This document shows positions 42,702-55,116 of a stretch of DNA of 60,214 nt, one piece after another (the first letter of the stretch is position 1; each line of letters opens with the position of its first letter). The DNA lies in assembly GCA_000697335.1 (NCBI GenBank), contig JNEM01006374.1:1-60214 (forward strand), given 5' to 3'. This DNA is from Conidiobolus incongruus B7586 (lineage: Eukaryota). The notes beneath the pieces are model-generated. The model was not told the DNA's origin. It saw nothing but the letters and a program-made list of their open reading frames with translations, and made no database searches. The translations under genes were made by a program, and so were the position numbers.

Positions 42702-43931
42702 TCATATTAGGCGTGGTAACCTTATATTATTCCACATTTGTTTTAGCTTTTCAAAAAATGAATCATTTTTAGGCTTTTCTTTGCTTGAATAACCATTATA
42801 TAAAAATAGATTAGGAGTGTCTTGATTAAATCCAAATATTTTACCTTTTAAAGTAAAGTTATATAATCTTTGTTCTACTTGAGATCTTGTTAGTCCTTCA
42901 CTCCACCAATTAGCTAATAAACCTGAAACGTGTGGGGCCGCCATCGACGTTCCCGAAGTTTCATGAGTAGCATCGTCTGAGCCAATCCATGTAGAAAGGA
43001 TACCAACTCCAGGGGCCAAGATATTGACACATTTGCCATAATTTGAAAAATATGCCTTACTATCTGTTATATCTGTTGCACCCACAGTAATTACAAATTC
43101 AGAGCTAGCAGGGGAAACATTACAAGCATCTTCATTTTCATTTCCCGCTGCAGCTACAATGATTACTCCGCGATTGTATGCTTCTTCAATTGCCATATTC
43201 AATACACTATTTTGCTCTGAACCTAAACTCATTGAGATGATTTTTTTCTTTGAGTGAGGACTATGTTGAAGTATCCATTGAATTCCTGCAATTGTCTCTT
43301 CGTCACTTCCTTCATCATCATCGCCCAACACCTTCACAGCTATAACTTCAGCCTTTTTAGCAACTCCAAATGTTTTTCCTGCTATAATGCCTGCACAATG
43401 GGTTCCATGTCCACTCAAATCTTCCTGAGAGGAATCTTCTACAGTATTTGTACCAAATGATGCTCGTCCTTCAAAGTCTACATGGTTAATATTGATCCCC
43501 GTGTCCATCACATATACCTTGACACCCTCGCCATTGGCGGTTTCATTATAATTATAAGTATACGGAGGGTCACCAAGCTCATTAAGATGAGAAATACGAG
43601 CAAGGCCCCACGGTGCGTTCTTTTGAGATTTAAATGCATGAACTTTTTTAACCGGAACTACAGCTCTGACATTTGGAAGAGATTCAATTCTTCTCTTCGT
43701 AGACGCATCAAACCGACCAGCTATTCCATCCAATAAATCTGGGAATTTGTTGGTAATCTCATTGTCTCCATTCCTCCAAATAAACAAACTTTCGATTGAA
43801 TAAACGTTACTGTCAAAATCAGATCTATCTTGATCATCAAATAAAACAAAATATTTATCTTTTATATCTATAGCAATTATGATATCCAAAAAGAGGATTG
43901 CCACCTCTATTATTGATATATTCACTCTCAT
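42702..43931 (-). CDS. Secreted, acidic subtilisin-like serine protease (S8A) with C-terminal extension
   Basis: First ATG at 43931 gives a signal-like MRVNISIIEVAILFLDIIIA (the ORF track uses a non-ATG start at 44021). Motifs [11 protein letters not shown] and [11 protein letters not shown], plus a ~28 aa tail after LYNGY. Confidence 0.95.
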   Translation of the reverse strand: MRVNISIIEVAILFLDIIIAIDIKDKYFVLFDDQDRSDFDSNVYSIESLFIWRNGDNEITNKFPDLLDGIAGRFDASTKRRIESLPNVRAVVPVKKVHAFKSQKNAPWGLARISHLNELGDPPYTYNYNETANGEGVKVYVMDTGININHVDFEGRASFGTNTVEDSSQEDLSGHGTHCAGIIAGKTFGVAKKAEVIAVKVLGDDDEGSDEETIAGIQWILQHSPHSKKKIISMSLGSEQNSVLNMAIEEAYNRGVIIVAAAGNENEDACNVSPASSEFVITVGATDITDSKAYFSNYGKCVNILAPGVGILSTWIGSDDATHETSGTSMAAPHVSGLLANWWSEGLTRSQVEQRLYNFTLKGKIFGFNQDTPNLFLYNGYSSKEKPKNDSFFEKLKQMWNNIRLPRLI

Positions 43932-44659
43932 TTTATAATATTTTATAATAACAAGATAAAAATTATAACCTTGTATTATTTTATATCCATATAAACACAG
44001 CCACGTAATAATTTGAAACATTTTAAATATTCACAATTTATCTCAAATTGGTTATAATAAAATGACATTTTTGGTAAAATGAGTTAGAATCTGATTAAAT
44101 ATAAATCAAAGGTGAATATATAAACTTATATTTAATATGTGTTATGGTGGTGTATATATAAATAAATATCTATGAGTATGACCTATAAATTTTTTCAATT
44201 AATGGTTTAATTGTAAATATATCTGTAATTACTATATATATGTTAAAATTTTCAATGAAAATAAATAAAAACTGCTATATTATATCATCTAAAATATTTT
44301 AAAAAATAATTAGTATTCATAAATTTTATATAGAGATTGAGGATAAAATGATGATTAAAAAATAAAATGTAATAATAAATCGACCAATCTTTATGGTTAA
44401 TGAATATCGATAAAATAAAATGTAATATCTATTTTAAGATGAATAGTGTATATTTATAACTGTTTTAAAATTCCTTACCACTTTTCATGATTCAGGATAA
44501 ATTAGATAATACGAATAATGAAAAAAGCTACTTTGATGTTTTTATAATGTTCTAACCATATTGAATAATGCTATATCAATATTTTTAATTAACCATTAAT
44601 CTGGTTTTAAGTTTGAAGATTTTAATCTGTTACCACAAAACAAATAGGTAAGCTATAAT

Positions 44660-45550
44660 TGAATCAATTTAATGCCATTATCATCAATCACCTTCTTTAT
44701 CAATAATATCCTTTCAGGCTTTAGGCAATCTCCTAATGTCTTTAAACAATTTTTTATGTTTTGAAAAATTTTTCTCAATTTAATTTTTTATCAATTTTTG
44801 AACGCCATCAGTTCTATCACCAGCAGTAGTATTGTCAATTTTCCAAAACAGTTATGACTAGATGGATTTATATCTGAAGAGAATAAAGGATATAGCAACC
44901 AAACTCAATATTTTTCAGTAAATAAATCTTTAATAATAATTGCATGATTAACTGAGATATTAATTTTATTAACTATAGTTTCTTAATCGTATTTCTTATA
45001 ATCATCTTTAATAAATATTTTTGTTGCAAGTGATTCTTTTTGGTAACTGATGAAACCACACTGTATTATAATTCATACATAATTTTAATATTTATTTTTT
45101 TGTAATTTTTTTGTATAAACATTATATAAAAGTCAATTGTTATCAATTTATGTAATTCTATTAAAATCAGGTAAGGGAGTATATTTATTAATCTAATACT
45201 CATGTATTACTATTATTTTAACAGTATATTAGGGTATATTTAACATCATTTTAATTAATTGATGGTTAATTAAGCTTCTAAGCTTTTTACTATCAAAATA
45301 TGAGGAATAAATTTAGTTTTTTTGATTTAAGCTTTTTAAGTTATTAAAATTGTTTCACTATTATAATATAATGTAGTAGCACAATGTCTAGTTGACTAGT
45401 ATAGGTATTTGTCCGAGTCTATTTGAATTTTTTTGTTAGAACTTGAATTTAGGTGATCAAATTTTGATAGATCTTGAATGCTTTTTATCTGGTCTAAAAC
45501 AGAATAACTATCGCAACCTGGTTTTGAAAAATATAAGTGGTTGACATAGA
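44660..45550 (-). mobile_element. Degenerate mariner-family transposase relic (distinct subfamily, internally deleted)
   Basis: Minus strand gives RLR*LFCFRPDKKAFKIYQNL (mariner N-terminal HTH-like), Y*VWLLYPLFSSDINPSSHNCFGKL (compare HPPYSPDLAPSDYHLF) and DIRRLPKA*KDIIDKEGD (compare GIxKLPxRWxKxIxxxGxY). Boundaries are approximate. Confidence 0.7.
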
Positions 45551-46273
45551 ATAATAATCATAAAAGTAGCTTTTTAATATTGGTTTGTAACAATTTTCAA
45601 TTTAAACCATTTTATTAATGTGAACTTGTGATTATTTTTTGCTCAAATGGAATCATATTTAATATAATTAATTATTTCAACATTGTATATACTAATTGTT
45701 AATGGTAAATGGATAATGCTAACTTTATTAATATTGAGTGATCAATATTAGCAAACTTCAACTTAATAGTTGAGGAATTATGTGTTTTATTAATTTCTAT
45801 ATGAATGATTAAGATGACGAGCAGTTCAACTCTATAGTTGAAATAATACATCATAGGAGAATAATTGTTTTAAATATCATATTGATACTTTGATATTATT
45901 ACTAGATGAACATTTTCAATAATGAATATTTGATAATAACGTGATTACTTGGAATTATAAATTCATCATTAAATCTCTCTAACAAGATTAATTATTGCGA
46001 ATTAACATTAAGTGTTTTATATAATATAAATTCTAATTAAATAAAGATAAAATTGAGTCGAACATAGATATATTATCTTCACTCTGTTCTTACTTTTGTA
46101 TTGGATGTTCTATTATTTTGGCCCTTATTTTATTCTCCCTATTAAATGTTTTCAGTTATGTGATGAAATTCCATTATTTCATTCTTAATAAGGACATTAA
46201 TGATCATCAGTAATTATAGTATTTAAATACATCAACAATCATATGAATTATGTACCAAAACTATTTGAGACGA

Positions 46274-47417
46274 TTACCTTGGTTTCAGATATCCATTGTT
46301 TAGAAATAGATTCTGAGTTTTCCAATCAAACACTATACATTTGTCCTTGAGAAGCATGTCGTTTCATTTTCATAGTACTTGGGTGGTATTATCCAATTCG
46401 CTAAATAGCACCGCCATTGAGCATAAGACAAAAGGAGTAGTTATTGAAGTACCAGATAAGCTCTTGGTAGGCGTACTGGAACCTATAAAAGCCGAGGTGA
46501 TGTTAACACCAGGCGCTAAAGCATTTACGCATCTGCCGTAATTCAAAAACACTGCTTTATGGTCTTAAATATCAGTTGCTCCAACGGTAATCACATTGTT
46601 GCCCCAGCCTGGAAAAGAGTTGCAAGCATCCCGATTTCCATTACCCACAGCAGCCACGACAATAATCCCATTATTAATAACCCCTTGAACAGTTCTATCC
46701 AATATCTTACTTTTATTTTCTCCCAAACTCATGGGGAAAATCCTTTTTGGGTGCCTGGATTATGTTTAAGCACCCATTGAATCCCCGCAATTGCTGCTTC
46801 GTCACTGCCTTCGCAATCGTCTGCAAAAACCTTCACAGCAATTACTTGAGCGCGCTTGGCAACTCCAAATGTTGTATCTGCAACTACCCCGGCGCAATGA
46901 GTCTCGTGGCCGTGTTAATGTTCTTGCGACGCCCCTTCAATAGTCCCTCTACCAAATTTCGCTCAGCCCTCAAATTCGACGTGATTCACATTAATGCCAG
47001 TGTCAATTATATATACTGTGACATTTTCGCCGTTTGGGGATTATTTATAACTGTAATCATATGGTGGATCCTTGGGCGGGTCAGGATTCGAAATTCGTGC
47101 AATACCTTAGGGAGCGTTGTGTTCAACAGCAGACGCCCATACTTTCTGGATCGGAATGATCTCTTGGACATTGGGCATATTGTTAATCGCTATTACAGTA
47201 TTGTCGTCGAATTTGCCCGCGATTCCATCTAGCAACGGGAGCTCGTTGGTGATTTCGCTGTTGCCGCTCCTAAATCCAAGTATAATCTCAATAATTGCAA
47301 CATTCGATTCGAAATTCGAACTATCTTCAGGGTCAAATAATACGATATATATACCAGATACATCAGTCCCAGACATTAAATTACAAATCAATATTGGAAG
47401 TTTATTCTCAATCTCAT
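46274..47417 (-). pseudogene. Subtilisin pseudogene (42702 clade)
   Basis: ATG at 47417 followed by an early frameshift. Fragments HNAP*GIARIS (W to stop), IIDTGINVNHVEFEG*AKFG, HGHETHCAG, SGTSITTPFV and NLFLNNGYLKPR*. Several frameshifts. Confidence 0.93.
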
Positions 47418-48955
47418 TATTTTTTATTTCTATATTTATAGATTAAGTATTTGAACTATTCCGAATTAATAAGATTTTTATATCTGATTTGGATTAGCTA
47501 TATTGTTTTAATTTGCTATATACTTGGGAACCCATTCAAATTAATGTTATTCAAATTTATTAAATTTAATGACGTTTAAAAAGGTCCAAATTACAAATTA
47601 TTTTATAACATTTGATATTACAGGTATCAAAGTATTCTTTGATATTTATCAGATTCATATATTAAGACATTTCTGAAATATATACAATATTTAATTGATT
47701 TGATTAACTCATTTACAAATTCTAATTTTCTATTTCGCAACTTATTATCTTTGTGATAAGCCATTATCTTGATAATTAGTCACATCCAATAAACAATATA
47801 GTCAAAACTTTTAAAATCATAGACTATATAATCCAATCTACGAAGTGAATTATTGTTTAACACATAGTACAATTGTATTCATTTGACATATTTATCAATT
47901 TTTGGAATTTTATATTCAGTTTCAAAAATACATTTCTATTACTTTTTCTATTAATTATCAAAATATAGTTTATACCTAGTACAATCAGTAATGTTTAATG
48001 GATCTATTATTCATAGGTACATTTCTATCAATACTATTGAAATTTATTTCTGCTATTAAATGAAATGATATATTCAAAAATCTTTTCGTGATTAACTTTA
48101 ATAAAATAATAATAAATTTAATATCTTTAAATATGTAATATGGTAATCTTTGTTATAATTCATCATATGATGATATTTATATACTTAAAAGGTTTTAGAT
48201 TTTCATATTAATTTCCTTTGTCTAAATATATATTCAAATCTGATATGAAAAATTAAAGGAAGATTTCGATAATATTTTATAAACTTGGTACAAACAAAAA
48301 TTAAACATTGATATTAATATTTAATTAGGTTATATTGGATATCACATTAAAAAATTAAATATCCTTTTTACTATATAAATTTCATGTAAATAGTATTTTA
48401 ATCGTATTATTTGTATATCAACTCTGTAAATACTTATAACTTTAAGATCATTACGTACAAGGTATATAGATCTTTTTAGATATCTCTCAAATATAAATTT
48501 ACATCATATTTTCAAATTATTAAGAAATATATATTTCATATAATTAAAATAAAATAAAATTATACAACAATTAACTTTATATAGATCAAGTTGAGAGATG
48601 GCAATTTTAATAATTTTGTAAAATGAAATTCAAAGTCATATTTGATAGTCTTTCTGCAAATTTAATTAAAATTGAACAAAAAATTAATTGAATTTTGATA
48701 TTTCATATTGCTATTTAAATAATTACAAGATATAGTTTTTTATATATAAACATAAATAAACTTAGATTAGTTGGTATGTAAATTTTTGTAAGTTTGAAGG
48801 TTATTATATTTAATAAAGTGATAAATTTTACCTATAAAATTTTATTATGAATTTATTGAGATTTATTGATATTTTTTGGTATTATAAATTCATTGAAATT
48901 CTTACATATTGAAGTATCTATTTGATATTTTAATAATAAATATATTTAAAAATCA

Positions 48956-50107
48956 TTATTTAGATTTATATCCACTATATAAAAACAAATTTGGAGTACA
49001 ATTATCAAACCCCGATATTTTATCCTTCAATGCAAGTTCATATAGCTTTTGCAAAACTTGATCTCCTGTATTCAATTGACTCCATATATCAGCAACTAAG
49101 CCAGAAACGTGAGGTGTAGCCATCGAGGTACCTGACTTAATAGCTGTTGCACTAGTATTATCAATATATGTAGAATTGATTTTGACATCAGGACCCAAAA
49201 TATTGACACATTTTCCATAGTTACAAATGTTGCTTTTTTATCATTAATGTCGGTCGCACCAACTGTTATTGCAAATTTAGACCCTGCAGGAGATATATCG
49301 CATGCATTTGTGTTGTTGTTACCAGCCGCTGCGACAATAATGACACCTTTATTATATACGTTTTCAACCGCCGTGTCAAGTGCCTTACTCTTTCCTCCTC
49401 CGAGGCTCATTTAAAAGACCTTTTTTTGACTTTGTGGGCTGTGGTTAAGAGCCCACTGCATCCCTGCAATCAAACTCTCAACATTTCCTTTGCCATCATT
49501 TCCTAAAACCTTAACAGCGATTACATCAGCTCGTTTAGCAACTCCAAACATTTTTCCTGCGATCGTGCCTGCACAATGAGTGCCATGGCTATGCTTATCT
49601 TCGTTTGATGCTCCCTCAATAGTGACAGTACCAAAAGAAGCACGGCCTTCAAAGTCTTCATGATTAGTATAAATACCAGTGTCAACCACATACACTTTGA
49701 CTCCTTCTTCACTTGGATATTTTTTGTAATTATAAATATATGGTTCTTCCTTTAAGGCGTCAATCTGAGATATTCGAGCAAGCCCCCAAGGGTCATTCTG
49801 CTGAGCCTCGGCAATTTCTATTTCTTGAACTGGAAACGCCTCCTTGACATTTGGGAGTAGTTCAATTTCTCTTATCAAATGAAAATCAAAATGCCCTGCG
49901 ACTCCATACAAAATATCAGGAAATTGATTGATGATATGATTATTACTGCTCCTTAATATTGTTAAATTCTCTACACTTTCAACACTACTTGAGAAATCTG
50001 ACCGATTATTTTCATCAAAAAGCACAAAGTATCGACCATTGGGTTTCTTAGAATTTATTGAATAAAGACTTACATATAAATTTTAATAGAATTGTTGTTA
50101 GCTTCAT
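48956..50107 (-). pseudogene. Recent subtilisin pseudogene (42702 clade)
   Basis: ATG at 50107 with a frameshift in the signal peptide, an in-frame stop at 49411-49413 (KKVF*MSLGG) and a 1-nt deletion near 49224 (ATF-S-NYGKC). Triad motifs [11 protein letters not shown] and GTSMATPH are all intact. Confidence 0.93.
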
Positions 50108-50420
50108 TTTATTGAGTTTTTTGATTAAACTTGAATTAGATAAAAATATAATATTTATATTTCATAATTAAACACATTTATCATAGCCATTTAGCATTTT
50201 GTTACAGTCACAAATTTTTATTGGACTAAATAATTATAATGAACTATTCAGTTTTATTTATATTAAATTGATCTTTCATTTAACCCTAATTAGTATATAA
50301 AAATATAAATATCATTTAAGAAATTTATTATTATATCTTAATTCTTTGGAAATAAACTAGTTTTCTCGTTTAAAAATAATAAATATATCGATTAAATAGA
50401 GAGATTTTAACAAGTAATAT

Positions 50421-50753
50421 TTTCGCGGGTCTGGAGGTCCGCTCGCCATTCAACTCCAACCGTCCGTCCTAGTTCCGAATGTAATCCACTCACAAATACC
50501 AGGCACAATCCTTGCACAATGGAAAGTTCCGGACTGTAACAGTAATTGGAGTTTCAACACATTGGCAAAAAATAAACCAGAATATAAAATAGTCACTGAG
50601 CACCTATTCGCTCAGGGATCATTCCGATCAGAGCCAAGCTCTACACCTTGAAATTTTAATAAAACCATTTAAAGTCTCTTGTTAGTCGCCCTTGACCCAT
50701 TTTATCGAAACTACGTAATCTTTATTGAAAGTGTACTTTCTAGAACACCGGCA
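50421..50753 (+). mobile_element. Solo LTR, related to 14204-14549
   Basis: 333 bp GC-richer island. Start TTTCGCGGGTCTGGAG matches the reverse-complement start of the 14.2 kb LTR (TGTCACGGGTCGGGAG) at 13 of 16 positions. Shares TTTATTGAA...ACTTyCTAG near the end, ends in CA, and is flanked by ATAT on both sides. Confidence 0.65.
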
Positions 50754-51448
50754 ATATCATTGTAATTTGCCTATTATATTATTTTTTAATTGAAATAAAC
50801 ATGAGATAATCCAAAAATTATATATTTTTAGAAATTATGGAATAGGTTTAATAGTGTTGCTTAGATGGGGGTGTTACTATATCTGATATTTTACTTTTTA
50901 TCAATTTGTTATCAAAAAGGATTATTATAATATTGATATAATCAATTTCAGTTCAAGATATTTAAATTTTAAAGTTTATTTAAAAAACTATATTCTTTGT
51001 AACAATTAATTTTATTTTTTTAATATTATAATTATATTATTAATATATAGGCAATATAAAATATCCATCAATTATATATATATATATATATATATTGCAA
51101 ATATCTTTTTTTCAACATTAACAATTAATATTCAATTTATCAATATATTATATAAGTTGATTCAAATATAGTTAAATTCTAAAATGAGTTAAAAATATTT
51201 ATTCAAAAATGCAATCTTATTAAAATTATTCATAATATTTAATTATAATTATCTTATTTTTAATTCAAATTCCATTATATTGATATATTAAAGGTTACAT
51301 GAATTTTTAGATTTTTTTTTACTAAATTTAAATATATATTTTTATTATATTGAATCTATTAATATTTTAAAGAAATATTAGTATTATACCTATATTTTCA
51401 AGACACTAAACTTTGCAAATTATATAGAAAAATTAAATAATTATAATA

Positions 51449-52752
51449 TTACTCTGTATTTTTAATAATGGAAATATTTTGCAATTAAAAATAAATAAAC
51501 ATTTTAATATATTATATATAAAAATATATTTATAATATAAATTTAAAAGTTTCTTTTATTATTAATCACTTTTTGCTATATTTTTAGCAAATTTCTAATA
51601 TTTAAAAAACAATTCTCTTTATTAAAGAATGAAATTTGATATTTTATAAATTAATTAAATTTTCTTGTAAAAATTTTCTTTTTTATAAGTTAAATTTTTA
51701 ATTGCCTAAAGCAATTATAATCACTTAGGTTATAATCTAAAGAATATATTAGATGTGTTAGTTTTTTCCAGTTATTTTTAATTAGATAGATTTTTCTAGC
51801 TTTAGATTTATATATTTTGTAATTATTATGAAAAATAATAAGTTTTCTCAAAATATATTAAGAATACCAATTAAAAATACTTTTATTAAAAAAGCAATAT
51901 AAAGTTTATTATTAATTGATTTTCCTTTAGGAATTAAATCAAAGTAGCATTTTAATTATAATTTATTACAATAATTAACATCAATTTATTAACAAAATAT
52001 TAATTTAAAGGGATTTATAAAAAGGGTTAATTTAACTTAATCTAGCATTTTGATTTGTGTTTTAATAAAAGAATATATATAGAGATTTAAGATTCATTCA
52101 TTTTAATTATTTGTTGTAAAATTTTAAGCTTCTAGAAATATTTTAATAAGTTTTATCTAATAATAGCTATTCTAACTTTTTTTAAACTTTAGTTAAATTA
52201 TAAAATACTTATTTTATATATTTATATATTAAAGATTTAACATTAATATATATATAATATTTATAAAACTAATATTAAAGTGCTTAGATAATTTTTTAAC
52301 TGAAATAAAAAGATATTTTTCAATATATTTTTTTCACTCTATTAACAATTAAAAGAATAATAGTTAAAATTATTTTTTTAGATTTTAACAGGTTTTAGAT
52401 AATTTTTTCCTTAGTTTTAAAGTAATTTATCTAGCAATAAATTGTTAATTTAGATAATCTTTCATTACCAAAAGTTGCTTGTAAATTTTAAATAATTTTA
52501 AAAGGTTAATGGTTAAGTTTTACTAATACTAAAATAAAAAACTTTTGATGATTATTATTTAATTTAAGTATGATTAAATTAAACAACTAATTTTAAAAAG
52601 TTAATTTTTTAATTAAATAAATTATTATATATATATATATTAAAGATATATAATTTCTTATTAATTTTGTATATATTTATTTATTTCAAACAAATAATAT
52701 GTTTGAAAAATCAGAAATACAAAAATTTTCCATTATTTTAAATTTAAAGTAA
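51449..52752 (-). mobile_element. Full-length (1304 bp) degenerate mariner element, DD34D type
   Basis: TA-flanked TIRs (TTACTCTGTATTTTTAATAATGGAAA; reverse complement TTACTTTAAATTTAAAATAATGGAAA). Minus strand gives LQQIIKMNES*IS (compare IVTGDETWI), IFHNNYKIYKSK (compare LHDNARPH) and LTHLIYSLDYNLSDYNCFRQ (compare HPPYSPDLAPSDYHLFR). Length matches canonical mariners. Confidence 0.88.
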
Positions 52753-53133
52753 TATTAAATCTATTTATATTAAATACTATTTATGATATATACTTTACTT
52801 TATTATTATAAATAATTCAATATGCATTGTATAATAATTATAAAATTGTGCTATTTTAATATGATTTTCAATATATCAATAAAATTTAAAACTTTGGAGA
52901 TGAATGATAAATATTATTACCAAGATATCATTTTAAATTTTATTTATATTTAAAATTAATTTTATATACTATTTTATAGAATATATCAGATTTATTTTAT
53001 TATGTCAAAAATTGCAAAGTGGAATTTATTTATTAATTATAATATATTTTAAAATTAAAATGACTATTTTTATTAAACACTATAAATCAGAGTTTAATAA
53101 TATATAACTAAAGTTTGTGTTTTATAATAAATA

Positions 53134-53460
53134 TGTAAACAAAGATCGTCGTTAGAAAAGCACCTGTAATAAGATTTAGTAAATTATTTATCAATTCTGC
53201 TCTTTAACCTATTGGGACTGTATGTCATAAAACTTACTGTTGAGATGTTGTAGCAGAATATCCAGGAAAATTAGAATCCTTCTTATCCTTACCACTTCTG
53301 GGTTTAAATAATTCACTCACTGAGTGACATAGGTTTTGGATAAATTCTAATAAAAGGAGCTAAAGAACATCATTTGATTACAGACCAACAGATTCACTTT
53401 AAATGGGAGGTAATGTGGACTAACTATCAAATCTAGATGGAGGGGTATTTTTGAAATACA
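53134..53460. mobile_element. Possible solo LTR
   Basis: ~327 bp GC-richer island with TGTA...TACA ends; flanks AAATA and ACATA (4/5 match). Confidence 0.35.
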
Positions 53461-55116
53461 ACATAAATATACATTTTATACAAAAATAATTTTTACATAA
53501 TCAGATTTATTCATCCAGAAAACAGAATTGATAATTATAAAACTGAAAGTGCAACATTTCATTAAATAAAAAATCTAAATTTAATTTGGATTAATACTCA
53601 ATATAAAAACGATTACCTTACCAAAATTATTGAAATTAATGTTTTATCTCAAGCACCCCATACTAGTCTTGGTATAGTAAAATTATTTAATTTATCCAAT
53701 TCAAATTATATAAGTATTTTGCATATTTAATATTATAATGAATATATAATATTTATTTAATTATTAAATGATATAAAGTCATTATTTTATTTTATTTTAT
53801 TTTATTAAATAATAATATATGAAATTTTTATTAATTTTTACTCAATCATTAAGATATATTTTTAGTTTAATTTTCGACTTGAAAGTTAAAATTAACAAAA
53901 TATGATGAATTAATTTAATTATCGCCAAACAAACTTTATTATGATTATAACTTGATATTATACCGTTTTAGTATTTGTATATAATATGAAATTGATTTAT
54001 TGATTGAATCATTGAATAGTATCCTGTTTATATTATTCAACAACTACAATCAATTGTAATTTATATTTTATCCATTATAAAATTAACGTTAATACCTTAG
54101 TCACATTCTGAGATTTTATGCTTCAGAATAAAATCAAAGATTATTTGCTTGCTTTGTCACCTGTATATCGTTGATTTAGGTAACCGCAATTAATTCGACA
54201 ACTTGGAGGTAGCCATTGAAGTAACTGATTTAATTGGTGTTGCTGTATTATTCCTTATAAATTAAGAATCAATATTTACGCTAATAGAAAAGATAATGAC
54301 ATAATTTTAATAATTTGAAAAAGATATCATTTTATTTCTAATATCCAGTGCATCTACATATCCATCAAACAATCAATATTATTATTTAAATCATTCAATA
54401 TTTTTAATTTTTTAATAATATTAATTAAAATCATCCAATTAGTTCAAAAAAAATTTCAATTATAATAAATGATAATGAATGAAAATAATTTAAAACAATA
54501 TTATTTAAAAATCAAATTTTAAAATATTTGATCATTTCTAAATTTGTTAATCAAAAAATAATATTTAATTACCATATATGACTAATTTGTATATATTTGT
54601 TTAAATTCTATATATAAATTTTTACACTCTAAAGAATTCATAATTATACTAGTAGATAAAAATGGATAAATTTATATTTACTTTAATTGTTTATATAAGT
54701 ATGATTATTATAATGATACTATCATCCTTTATAATATTTGTTAATTATTAAACCTATATAAATTATATTAGTTTATTTACTTTATCATATTTTTTAAATT
54801 GAGTTGAATTGACCAAATGAGAAATTTGACATGTTAAATTTATTTTAGATCAAAATTTAGTAAAAAATTATGCTTTCATTAAAATTTCAATAGGACAATG
54901 TAGTGGAATATTCCAAATACTAATATCGCATGTATAGTGAATCTAGGTTAAAATTAGTAATGTCAATAAAGCTAATCGTTTGAGTATATTTAGTTTGTTG
55001 ATATTTTAAAGGGAAAATTTAGACGCTGGTTCAAATCATCATTATAAATATTTGCAGTTCAAATGTTGAAAAGTATACATTAATTAATTATTATAATTTT
55101 TATAATCTGATTAACC

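Noticed and set aside
50048..50074. GTAAGT...CTAAG mini-intron that might rescue the 49 kb subtilisin frameshift
   Set aside because: Splicing it creates an in-frame TAA, and two further lesions remain downstream.
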